Shown here: piece after piece, positions 1-9,896 of the stretch | How the letters are laid out: each line of letters begins with the position of its first letter | Numbering within the stretch: position 1 is the first letter of the stretch | Assembly (NCBI RefSeq): GCF_000281045.1 | Contig: NW_008246097.1 | Span: forward strand, 408,362-451,587 | DNA length: 43,226 nt | Origin: Saprolegnia diclina VS20 | Taxonomy: Eukaryota | Direction of reading: 5' to 3' | Notes under the pieces: generated by a model | Databases searched by the model: none | Told to the model about the DNA's origin: nothing | What the model saw: only the letters and a program-made list of their open reading frames with translations | Position numbers and translations under genes: made by a program

Positions 1-948
1 GCCGTATACCCGATATGCATCGCGCGCTGGTGAGCAATAAGCGAGCACACCCAGGATGCCTCGCCGTTGTAGTCGTATTGGCCGTATCTTGCGGTGAATG
101 ATTACTCTAACGTGCTAGTACATTTGAAGGGTCTACTTCCCAGCAACTGTGACCTTCACCATTCAAGTACGCTATTCATACTAATAAATGTGGCACATTC
201 GTGCGAGAGATTGGACAAGTCAACCGAGCTTGAGGAGGCGATCGGCGCGGGGGTGTTTATGCAGCAAACATTCAGAGCGGGTCAGTGCGTCATTTGTTTG
301 CGGGGTTGTGCTACGTCGCAAAGCGCTTGTCTAGGAAGCGCCGCGTGCAGTTGGTCGCTGCACTTTCGAAGCTCGTCTGGTCGGCGACGAACCAGCTCCA
401 GAGTGGCATCCAAGCGCAGCGTCGTCGTCAACGACCCTCCCGTCTCGCCCTTCTACACATATCTATAGCGCACTCATACGTCTTGCCGTCAAGCTCGCCT
501 CGGACCTCGGGTGCCTCGGACCCGCGTTACCGAGTGCTCATTGGAATCGGCAGCCACGTTTGCCGGGCTTGGGGAGAGTCCCGACTTGTTTCACCCAATG
601 AGACGCCGGGCGCCTCTGCATTTTAACCAATCATATGCTTGAAGGACGCGCGGTCGTTTAAAAAACAAAAAAGAAATAGCACAATTGTTTTCTATTGCAT
701 ACAAGCGCGAGTCGAACGCCAATGATCCTTTAAAGAACAAGGGCTGAATGTTCTTTTAATCGGCATCCCACGCGCGTGACGACAACCCGTGTCTATGGCA
801 ACCTCGGGTGCTCACGTGACAGACATGGCCAACGACTTGATCCAAGTATGGAAAGCCAGCCGATCTGATACACGCACCTGATGCCACATGGCTCGTCGAT
901 GCTAGCTTTGTTGATTGTCGAATTGAACTCGTCGCAAGCAGTCAGACT

Positions 949-1801
949 ATGCGAGGTACCTCGTCTCCACCCGCCCGCAGCTAACACATATTATCGCTAG
1001 TCGTTGCCACGCTGCTCCTGCTGCTCTGCCTCGTGCAGCCCCTCGTTGCGGATCTGAGCCCGATCTGCAGCTCCATGGCGACGTGCTTGGCCCACGGTGC
1101 GACGCCGTGCGACCGGGCGACCCAGCTCTGCCCACCGTGCCTCTACACGGACGCCAAGGGCAAGAATCTCTGCTACGAACGCGTGACCGGCACCAAAATC
1201 TGCCCCTTCCAAGGCACGCTGGCCGACTGCTGTACGCTACCATAGCCCTCGTTGTGTCCTCATGCGTCACCTCTTTGTAGCGACGACCGATGTCATCATT
1301 CCCAAGATCCTCAACAAGACTGCAACGGCGACGCCCGAAGCGACGACGGTGGGGCCCGACGACGCGTCTGTCTGGAACGGCCTTGCGATTGGCATGACCG
1401 TCACGACGATCCTCCTCCTGCTTACATTTATTGTCCTCGGCGTCCTCTTCTATCGCCGGTCGCGCCAGCAGCAGGCCGACCACTGGCTCTACGCGACGAA
1501 CGTCGAGACGTCGCCCATTCCCCACAGTGGCTACAAGGGATCGCAAGGCGGGTTCAAGCCCTCGCAGTACGAGGTCCGAGGCCACACGAACGGCAACCAG
1601 TGCACACCGGTCATGGCCGACAACGAGACGCAGTTATCGGCCTGCGATGTCATGATGGAAACCAAGTCGGACGGTCGAGACAGTAGCCGCGTCCCGATGA
1701 TGATGGAGGCCAAGTCGGACTGGCGAGATAGCCGCCCGGTCATGATGGAGGCCAAGGCTGACTGGCGAGACAATCGCCAGTCCAACATTCTACACCATTA
1801 G
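949..1801 (+). CDS. Type I membrane protein: signal peptide, 8-Cys extracellular domain, Thr-rich stalk, TM helix, repeat-containing cytoplasmic tail (3 exons, ~252 aa)
   Basis: ATG 949 with GT-AG introns 956-1000 and 1232-1280 joins in frame. Product reads MRVVATLLLLLCLVQPLVA-DLSPICSSMATC...CPPC...C, then TATATPEATT, TM GLAIGMTVTTILLLLTFIVLGVLFY-RR and three MMEAKSDWRD-type repeats. Confidence 0.8.
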
Positions 1802-1843
1802 CCAGGAATGCACACCGTCATAATTATACAACCCTAGTTTTTG

Positions 1844-3736
1844 CTATACGAGGGTGAACGCCGCCGACTCCAATCGTGTCAACGCAAAGAGCGCCTCGTG
1901 CATGAGGGCCCGCGTCGGGTACAGTGGCAAGTCGAGCCGGTTGAAGCACGAGTGCGCCTTGGGCAACACACCGACGGAATACGCCACGGCTTGGAGCGAG
2001 AACGGACAGAGTGTCCCGTCGTAACTCGTGAGGCCCCGAAAGCCCTGCACCGGCACGCGCGACGACCCCGTTGTAAACTGCAGCAGTTTCGACCGGTCGT
2101 CGCGGCTCATGTCGTGCTCGAGGACGTCCCAGAACCAGTTGAGACTCTCGGACCGCCGCAAGGTCGTCGAGACGCTCGTCGACGCCTTCCAGTCGGCCAC
2201 GTCGACCTCTGCGACACCGCACAGCACGAGCTCCAGCTCCTTGTAGTCGAACGGCATGAGCAGTTCTTGCGGTAGTACCTACACCCACTCGTCATCACGA
2301 CGTCGACCACGAGGCTGTTCTACCTCGTACACGCCTTTGAGAAGGCTCGTGAGCTGCACGGCGACGCGGTCAAAGAGCAAATACCGCACCATGCAGTCGA
2401 CGTACGACGCCTTGTTGTCGTTGGTCACGGCGATCTGCCGACCATTCGGCACCAAGTCGACCACCTCCAGCGTCGCAGGCATAGCCGCACTAAAGTCCAG
2501 TCCGAGCTCCGACACGTCGTGCTCCAGAAGGTACTGCAGGCTGCTGTACGTTTGCGTATCGAGGTACCGGACGTCTTGGAGGCTCAGTGGCGTGCCGAGA
2601 ATGGCTTTGAAGAGCGGAAGCGCGAGGCGGCACGGGAGGACTTGGCCGTCGAGGACCGCGCGGCCAAGGAGGCGGCCGATCGCGCGGTAGCAGAGGAGGT
2701 GGTCGGGGCCGTACGCGGTCGCCGAGGTCGGGTTGAGAGCGTATGCAAAGTCGGTGGCGAGCACAAAGAGGCCTTTGGCGGGGTCGAAGACGGCGGTTGT
2801 GAGAACAGTGTACCACTCGCGCTGGATGCCACCAGCGTCGACGCCGCTCTCGCCAAGCATCATGACGCGCGTTGCAGCGCAGAGGTGTTTGGCTGTCATG
2901 AGAAGCAGGAGTGGAATCGACTCTTCAAATATTCTGTCGCGGTAGACGCGAACTTGGGCGTAGCCGTGCAGCAAATTGTGGATCTGGGAGTGTAGCCACG
3001 CGTACTTGAGGTGAAAGGTCCAGCTTGCAATCTCTTGGCAGCGCGGGAACCACCAGCTTGGTATGTGTTCGCCGTACTGGCTGATGCGAGCACTCGCATC
3101 GGTGAGGGGCTGTAGTGTATAGCTAATACCGTCCTTCGTACTCACGACATAGCAGCCGTCCGCGGCTTGTGCAGAATCACATCGCCAGTAAGGGTTGCCA
3201 TAGACGTCAATGGCGCGCTGCCACTGCGTGCGTTGTCTAGCCGCCGCTTTTACAGCAGAATAGACCGAGAAGAAACGTACCTGGCGCCGAGTTGGATGGT
3301 GCTGAGCCAACGCGGCTGTTGTGGCGGCCCCGTCGCGATGGCTACTGACAAGGTAAAGCCGACATCGCCATCGAACGCACCAACCTCGAGACGTTGTGCA
3401 TAGCATACACGCGTCGCTTGAGCTCGAATTGGCAAAGACACAGCTCGTGCAGACCCACTTGGTTTCTTCCAGGGACCTACAACGTCGTCATGACCCAGAA
3501 CGATGCACCAACAAGCCGCACGCGTCTTCAATGTCCTCGCGCTTGAGACCTCGGAGGTGGTCGAGTTGCCTATTGCATTGGCACACCCTAAGAGGCCAAG
3601 GAATGGTCGGCTCCTCTTACGTGGAGAGCGCAGCGTGTTGCTTGTGGTGGAAGTGTGCCATGATGCGCACCACAATGACGAGGCCAAGGATGGAGACGAC
3701 CGCAATCGCCGCGACGATGTACATCTCGGCGACCAT
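1844..3736 (-). CDS. HECT E3 ubiquitin ligase with N-terminal TM helix and RanBP2-type zinc finger (copy A, multi-exon)
   Basis: HECT motifs GESGVDAGGIQREWY, LLQFTTGSSRVP and catalytic LPKAHSCFNRLDLP, plus -4 Phe (AFTLV*). A 45-nt intron lies at 2279-2323. Upstream exons encode WVCTSCVFANSSSSDACMLC (3397-3457) and hydrophobic MVAEMYIVAAIAVVSILGLVIVV from ATG 3736. Some 5' exon boundaries are approximate. Confidence 0.88.
1883..2869 (-). repeat. Inverted repeat arm A (~986 bp), partner of 7205-8191
   Basis: Its reverse complement matches 7205-8191 with only about ten substitutions counted by eye, including an identical 45-nt intron. Confidence 0.95.
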
Positions 3737-4209
3737 AGTACGCGAGAGTGCAAATGCGACTTTGGCTTGAAATGCGTCGACGCCCACAAAAGAGTTGGAC
3801 GTTCTGGAAGGATGTGCGCCCACGTCACCATACAAACCGCAAGTGTTTTTCAGCCACATCCGAAAGTTGGGGACCACACATTGAACATAGCGTGCTGTCG
3901 CTCGATGTGCCACATCTCATGTAAGCGCCTGTCGCGGCCCAAGTGCAAGTAGTAGTCACCGAGTGCATTTGCTCGTGATGACGCTGCTCGTCTCATTCCC
4001 ATCGGACCTGAAGCGCCTCGCACCCTCATGGCCCTTGCGCAACTTGGCACTTCGCCTGAGCTGAGGCGGGAGCTGACCAAGGGTATCGTTTCCGCAAGTA
4101 CCCACGTGCTAGTACACCACCACAAGTGTTCGTGAAGGTGGGTGACGCCTACTCGCACAGCAGGTTAACTAAACTATCTTATTCTGATCTTATTCTGGCG
4201 CTCCAAGAG

Positions 4210-4674
4210 TCACGGTGTTGCGTTGGCTGCAGCTTTCATTTGAGCCTCGAGAAAGGCAATTGTAACTTCGTGGCCGGCGACAGTTGACGCAAATAACTCG
4301 GTGTAGGCGAAGACACTCGCAGCGTGGTTTGCGAGGGCTCCTTCGAGTTCACCCGCCACCTGATTGAGCTCACGCTGCAGCACTTGGAGCTCGTGCGCAT
4401 GTTCCGAAGCAGCTTTGGCTTCACGATAGCGGGTTGCAACAAGATGACGCTGGATCTCGTCTCGAAGATCTCGTTGCGCTCTCCATGAGGCAGCCACGGT
4501 CGCTGCTTGCTCGCCGACCGCTCGGTGAAGCGTCGCCTTGGCAGCCTTGCACTCGTCTCGCGCTGCTTGCAGCTCAGTCACAAGGGCCTCTGTTCTTTGC
4601 GCGCAGCATGAAGGAATCGCGTCCTCAGCGACATGTGCCACTTTTGTGCTCATCTCCTGGGAGGGTGACGCCAT
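4210..4674 (-). CDS. Hypothetical coiled-coil protein or 3' exon
   Basis: 154-aa ATG-initiated ORF rich in A/E/L/Q with heptad-like pattern (LVTELQAARDECKAAKATL; LQVLQRELNQVAGELEGAL). No family recognised. Confidence 0.45.
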   Translation of the reverse strand: MASPSQEMSTKVAHVAEDAIPSCCAQRTEALVTELQAARDECKAAKATLHRAVGEQAATVAASWRAQRDLRDEIQRHLVATRYREAKAASEHAHELQVLQRELNQVAGELEGALANHAASVFAYTELFASTVAGHEVTIAFLEAQMKAAANATP

Positions 4675-4822
4675 GAGTGATTATGCTGCTCGCAACTGCG
4701 ATTTACTCACTGTGGTCGAGGCCACTGGACGGGCGGTGAGGTCCTGGAGTCGGGTCCCACCCTTGGAAATGAGAGGGCTCTGCTTTGGCCCGGCTTTGGT
4801 TGATCCACCTACGAACAGGTAT

Positions 4823-5554
4823 TCATATTGAACGCTCAAGTTCGCTCAACGTACCCATCCCGGCACGGGGTTGTTCATTCGTTGAGTGCAAAGCTGGGCG
4901 CTGGTCCGCCGCACGTCTAGACCCTGGACAAGCAACAGGCGGTGGCCTAAATGTTGTCTCGAACTGACGCTCTGGAGCTGAATGACGCCGTGTACTAGGG
5001 TCCCTCCTGGCTGCAAGGGATGTCGGCGTCGACGACGCCCGTGCAAGGACCTTCCAGAGCGCTGGGGACGCATGGAGAATGACCGAGGTCGTCCAGTGCA
5101 CGCATGGCTCCGGGGATCGCTGATCATCGGAGAAATCACCGGAGGCTTGCGGTGGCTTCGCCCCGCCTGTCCGAGCACCGCGTGTATCGATCACGTCTGA
5201 GAGTAGCTGCAATGGCTCGGGCGCGGTCGGGGGTCGGGGGGTTGCCGCTGATGACGTGACACCAAATTTGTAAAGTGGTGCCGTCTGCAGCCAGCTCGTT
5301 GGTTCCGAGAGCCTGCGCCCCGTGGTTCGAGGCGCTGTCATCGGCGCGACAGCCGTGATGTGGCACACGACCGGTTTGGGCGTATCTGCAGGCACACGGC
5401 AGAGGGAATGCGACTTGGCGACGGTCGAGTTGCCGGAGCACGCGGCGAGCGCGGCGGCCTCGCGCATCACGAGTAGCTTGAGGTCTCGTTTTTGGAGGTA
5501 CAATGGGTCCCAGTCCGGCATGGCGAGAGCAAAACGGGAAATGAGACCCGACAT
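4823..5554 (-). CDS. Hypothetical protein, probably spliced; may be the 5' part of the 4210-4674 gene
   Basis: 243-aa ORF. The N-terminal part (MPDWDPLYLQKRDLKLLVMREAAALAA) looks coding and the rest is P/S/T-rich low complexity. Confidence 0.3.
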   Translation of the reverse strand: MSGLISRFALAMPDWDPLYLQKRDLKLLVMREAAALAACSGNSTVAKSHSLCRVPADTPKPVVCHITAVAPMTAPRTTGRRLSEPTSWLQTAPLYKFGVTSSAATPRPPTAPEPLQLLSDVIDTRGARTGGAKPPQASGDFSDDQRSPEPCVHWTTSVILHASPALWKVLARASSTPTSLAARRDPSTRRHSAPERQFETTFRPPPVACPGSRRAADQRPALHSTNEQPRAGMGTLSELERSI

Positions 5555-6274
5555 CGACTTGCTCTGGCAGTCATTTCCTCTTCTCTTCGCGAAGATGTCC
5601 TAAATTTTAAAACTGCGAAGTAGCAACCTTTAGGGATGCTCCGAAAGAATTCCTGCCAACAATGAGGGTTTCTGAAGAATAAATTCCACGTGGCGCTGCG
5701 ACAGCTTCGACACTGTCGACGTTTGCGTCTGCGCGGAATCCTCCCACCACAACCTTTGTGATTGCCATCATGGCGGGTCTACCCTAGGGTAAGCCTTGAC
5801 CCCCCTGGGTGACCAGGGGTCCTGTTGCTATGGCGTTGGTCTACGCGCCGGTCTTGCTTGGACAGCCAGCGTGTTGTGATCGTCAGACGTCATCATTTTG
5901 TGCCGATCGGCCATCGTGCGATGAACTTTGACTTCGCCGACGACGTGGGTGCACGGGCTCTATTTCACGTCCGCCCATCGACCGTGAGGTCGAATCAGAT
6001 GAAAAACACGCAACTCGCACTGTCCGGGGACGTCACCTTGTCTAGTTGGCTGGTCCTTTGTCATACAGCTGCCGATAGGTCGAGGTCGTGCCGTCGTTCG
6101 TGCATCCGTGACGACGAAGAGGTCGCTGTCCGTCATCAAACCGCACTCCGCGACGTCGCTTGGCTTCGCTCGGGGCCGTCCAAACCGCGTGTTTTTAGCC
6201 AACGCGGTCGCATCTGAGTTGAAGCGTCCTCTAAAAATTTGGATTCCACCTCACACTCGGGTTGTGCTTGCAGT

Positions 6275-8230
6275 ATGGAGGCGGGCAGCGTCTCGACCGC
6301 CATCGCGCTCATCGTGGGCTGCTGCGTCGGCGGCGGCCTCATTATTTACGCTGCGATTGCCACGTACTCGCGCTGGACCCACCGCCCTTCCGACTGCGAG
6401 TGCGACCCTGATTGTCAACGAAAAAATTCGGACTTATTGCGCAAAATAGCTACATTGCGCATTTACATGGCCTCAAGCGCGAAGACATTGAAGACGAGTA
6501 CGCGTCCATCCTACTCAAAACGAGTGTCCTATCGCGGTGTGTAGGAGCCTTGAAAAAGCCAAGTGGCTGTGCGGCGTTTGCCGTTTTGCCAATCTCAAGC
6601 AGAACGAATACTGCATGCTCTGCGAGACGAAGCGCGGTAGTCGCCTCGACCTCTTTTGCTCGCGTGTACGGAATGACTTGTAGGTATCCTCTTGGACGTC
6701 TTTGCTACCACCACGCCGAGCCCGATCGAGAGCTGCGTGGTTCAGTACGATCAACTCAACAGTCTTCAGGCGGGCGCCGTGTACGTATTGGTCTTCCTTC
6801 TACCATCAATGACCATGATTGTCTGTGACAGATCGCGAAAGCTCTGGACGCGGAGCCTCGACATTGCGGGCCTTGCCTTCTGGAAAGCTAATGACGTCGC
6901 GCTCGGGACCCAGTACGTCATCGAGTCGGTCTACGCGTGCGATGAGATGAACCTCGCGATCAACCAGCTCACGGATGCGAGCGCCGGGAAAACGCTCCTC
7001 GGCGAGATGCTCCCGCTGTGGTGGTTCAAGCACCTGAGAGCGCTCTCGGACCTCAATTTCTCGCTCAAATATGCCTGGCTCCTCGCCCACATTTCGTCGA
7101 TCAGCATGAAGTACGCCCAGCTCAAGGTCTACCGCGACAAGATCTTTGACGAGTCGCTCTACATTCTGCTCCACATGCAACCCGCCCAGCTCTGCACCCT
7201 CACACGCGTCACGATGCTTGGCGAGAGCGGCGTCGACGCTGGTGGCATCCAGCGCGAGTGGTACACTGTTCTCACAGCCGCCGTCTTCGACCCCGCCAAA
7301 GGCCTCTTTGTGCTCGCCACCGACTTCGCGTACGCTCTCAACCCGACCTCGGCGACCGCGTACGGCCCCGACCACCTCCTCTGCTACCGCGCGATCGGCC
7401 GCCTCCTTGGCCGCGCGGTCCTCGACGGCCAAGTCCTCCCGTGCCGCCTCGCGCTTCCGCTCTTCAAAGCCATTCTCGGCACGCCACTGAGCCTCCAAGA
7501 CGTCCGGTACCTCGATACGCAAACGTACAGCAGCCTGCAGTACCTTCTGGAGCACGACGTGTCGGAGCTCGGACTGGACTTTAGTGCGGCAATGCCTGCG
7601 ACGCTGGAGGTGGTCGACTTGGTGCCGAATGGTCGGCAGATCGCCGTGACCAACGACAACAAGGCGTCGTACGTCGACTGCATGGTGCGGCATCTGCTCT
7701 TTGACCGCGTCGCCGCGCAGCTCACGAGCCTTCTCAAAGGCGTGTACGAGGTAGAACAGCCTCGTGGTCGACGTCGTGATGACGAGTGGGTGTAGGTACT
7801 ACCGCAAGAACTGCTCATGCCGTTCGACTACAAGGAGCTGGAGCTCGTGCTGTGCGGCGTCGCAGAGGTCGACGTGGCCGACTGGAAGGCGTCGACGAGC
7901 GTCTCGACGACCTTGCGGCGGTCCGAGAGTCTCAACTGGTTCTGGGACGTTCTCGAGCACGACATGAGCCGCGACGACCGGTCGAAACTGCTGCAGTTTA
8001 CAACGGGGTCGTCGCGCGTGCCGGTGCAGGGCTTTCGGGGCCTCACGAGTTACGACGGGACACTCTGTCCGTTCTCGCTCCAAGCCGTGGCGTATTCCGT
8101 CGGTGTGTTGCCCAAGGCGCACTCGTGCTTCAACCGGCTCGACTTGCCACTGTACCCGACGCGGGCCCTCATGCACGAGGCGCTCTTTGCGCTCGTCGAA
8201 ATCGAAAACCTCGAGTTTACCATAGTCTAG
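6275..8230 (+). CDS. HECT E3 ubiquitin ligase with N-terminal TM helix and RanBP2-type zinc finger (copy B, multi-exon)
   Basis: ATG 6275 begins MEAGSVSTAIALIVGCCVGGGLIIYAAIA (TM). Phase-consistent introns at 6400-6449, 6498-6544, 6637-6683 and 7751-7795, with a possible in-frame intron near 6781-6831. ZnF WLCGVCRFANLKQNEYCMLC at 6564-6623. HECT has catalytic AHSCFN and ends LEFTIV*. Confidence 0.9.
7205..8191 (+). repeat. Inverted repeat arm B (~986 bp), partner of 1883-2869
   Basis: Near-identical to the reverse complement of 1883-2869. Similarity drops sharply at both ends. Confidence 0.95.
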
Positions 8231-8466
8231 TCGTTTAGGACTCTGTCGCTCTATATAAACTGAATTGGCATCTTGTCGATAACGCTGGAAACCAGGCGCG
8301 TTCATGCTGCAGTCCTCGGCACCCGTCCATCGAAACGCCCGGAGAAGGGTGCCACTTGCACCGTCCGTGCTGGGCATGCGCGTGACGACGACACACGGTC
8401 TTACGATACGCTCCACTGTTATATGATGCTATCTACGTGGCGGAGGCTTCGGAATGTGGTGTATCC

Positions 8467-9645
8467 TTACAGTGCGACGTTCTGGACGCGGGTGATGGCG
8501 TCGAGGAGGTGCGTGCACGCTGACGTCATCGTCACGTCCGACTGCGCGCGGGTCACAAATGCCAAGAGGATGCTCTTGTCGCGCGCTGAGATGGCTGTTG
8601 GAAGCAGCGAGAGGAGCGGCACGACCGCTCGACACACTTCGCGCTGGAGCTCCTTGAGCGTATACTCGTCGGTGCTGGTGGCTTTGAGCCAGTGCAGCAT
8701 CGACGACCATGCGGATTGAAACTGCTCGGTAATGTGGGGGCCGGCGCCAGCGCAGCTCGGATACGCGAGCGCCATGTTGGCGATCGCGCCGACGGCGCAG
8801 CGCACGATATCCCGTCGAACGCTGGACGGTACGATGGGCGCCTGCGACGAGAGCACGGTGGAGCGCTCGAAACCCGACATTTCTTGGATCTGCGCACTGA
8901 GAAGCGCAATGAGGCCGCACGTCGCCGCCTTGTGCGCTGTTGCCAGCGTCCGCGTCGCCGCCGCCACGGCCGAGCAGCCCTCGGCGCGAATGTCGACAAA
9001 GTGGGACGTGAGCATAATGACAAACACGTCCATGCCCGACGAGGTCGATCCGCGCGGATCCCGGGACGGCGCGATAAGTGGCGTCTCGAGAAGGACCTTT
9101 TTCTGGCCGCCGCTTTGCGCACAGGTTGGCGCGCTCCGGTCGATGATACTGCACAAATCACAGTACATGTCTCGGTACAGCGTGTCCCACGCGAGAAGAC
9201 TACCAGACCGCCGCTGGCACTCGATGAGAAGCGACTGCGTCTCGGCGCGGTAGAGCCGAATGTTAAAGTCGATGCGGTCGTACGCCACGTATTTGACGCA
9301 TTTGAACTTGCACTTGTGCACTTGGAAGACAAGGTCGACGTCGTGCCGGTTCAGCGACCGCATGACCTCGGCGACCGCGTCCTTCGTGTCGACGCTGTGG
9401 TGGCACGAAAAGTGGTACGGGTCGACCGGGTACGGCACGCTCGGGAGCTGCGGCGCGGCGGGCAGCCGTGACACGTTGACGTCGCTCATCTCGCGCGAGA
9501 ACGACGACGTCCGCGACCGCGACCGCTTGCTGCTGCTGCTCGAGCTTGGCGCGGCGACGGGCTCGGCAAAGACGGGGCACGCGTACGTGCTGTCCATGGA
9601 CGAGCTGCGGTTGCGCCCGTCGCGACCGAGCGGTGGCTTGTCCAT
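8467..9645 (-). CDS. Protein with KA1 (kinase-associated 1)-like domain and helical/ARM-like C-terminus; no kinase domain
   Basis: 392-aa single-exon ORF with typical codon bias. The segment DAVAEVMRSLNRHDVDL...KFKCVK...IDFNIRLYR...LLIECQRRSGSLLAWDTLYRDM fits the KA1 pattern (F-x-I-x-L...EFQRxxGD-like). Confidence 0.7.
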   Translation of the reverse strand: MDKPPLGRDGRNRSSSMDSTYACPVFAEPVAAPSSSSSSKRSRSRTSSFSREMSDVNVSRLPAAPQLPSVPYPVDPYHFSCHHSVDTKDAVAEVMRSLNRHDVDLVFQVHKCKFKCVKYVAYDRIDFNIRLYRAETQSLLIECQRRSGSLLAWDTLYRDMYCDLCSIIDRSAPTCAQSGGQKKVLLETPLIAPSRDPRGSTSSGMDVFVIMLTSHFVDIRAEGCSAVAAATRTLATAHKAATCGLIALLSAQIQEMSGFERSTVLSSQAPIVPSSVRRDIVRCAVGAIANMALAYPSCAGAGPHITEQFQSAWSSMLHWLKATSTDEYTLKELQREVCRAVVPLLSLLPTAISARDKSILLAFVTRAQSDVTMTSACTHLLDAITRVQNVAL

Positions 9646-9896
9646 CCGGCCTTTCTCGGCGCTGTGCCAACGAAAGCTTCGCCCGTTTCAGACCCGCACG
9701 TTCTACGAACGTTCTCCACGACGCACCCTTCCGAAGTCAGAATCGTAGACACCATGCCTGTCATCAAGCATGTACAACTTGACATTGCATATGGTCGCAT
9801 AGCATTATCAGCGCATTTAGTGAGGCAATGTGCTTGCGCAGAGTTTGCTGGGTGTATGGACTACGCTAGTACATCTGTAGTCGTTCGCCGTAACTG

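Noticed and set aside
94..626. Short ORFs at the window start
   Set aside because: Non-ATG starts, weak codon bias and no motifs. A minus-strand frame near 290-450 looks vaguely coding but cannot be supported.
2279..2323. Apparent premature stop splitting both HECT genes (also at 7793-7795), suggesting pseudogenes or readthrough
   Set aside because: The TAG is the acceptor of a 45-nt GT-AG intron. Splicing restores GVYE-VLPQELLMPFD.
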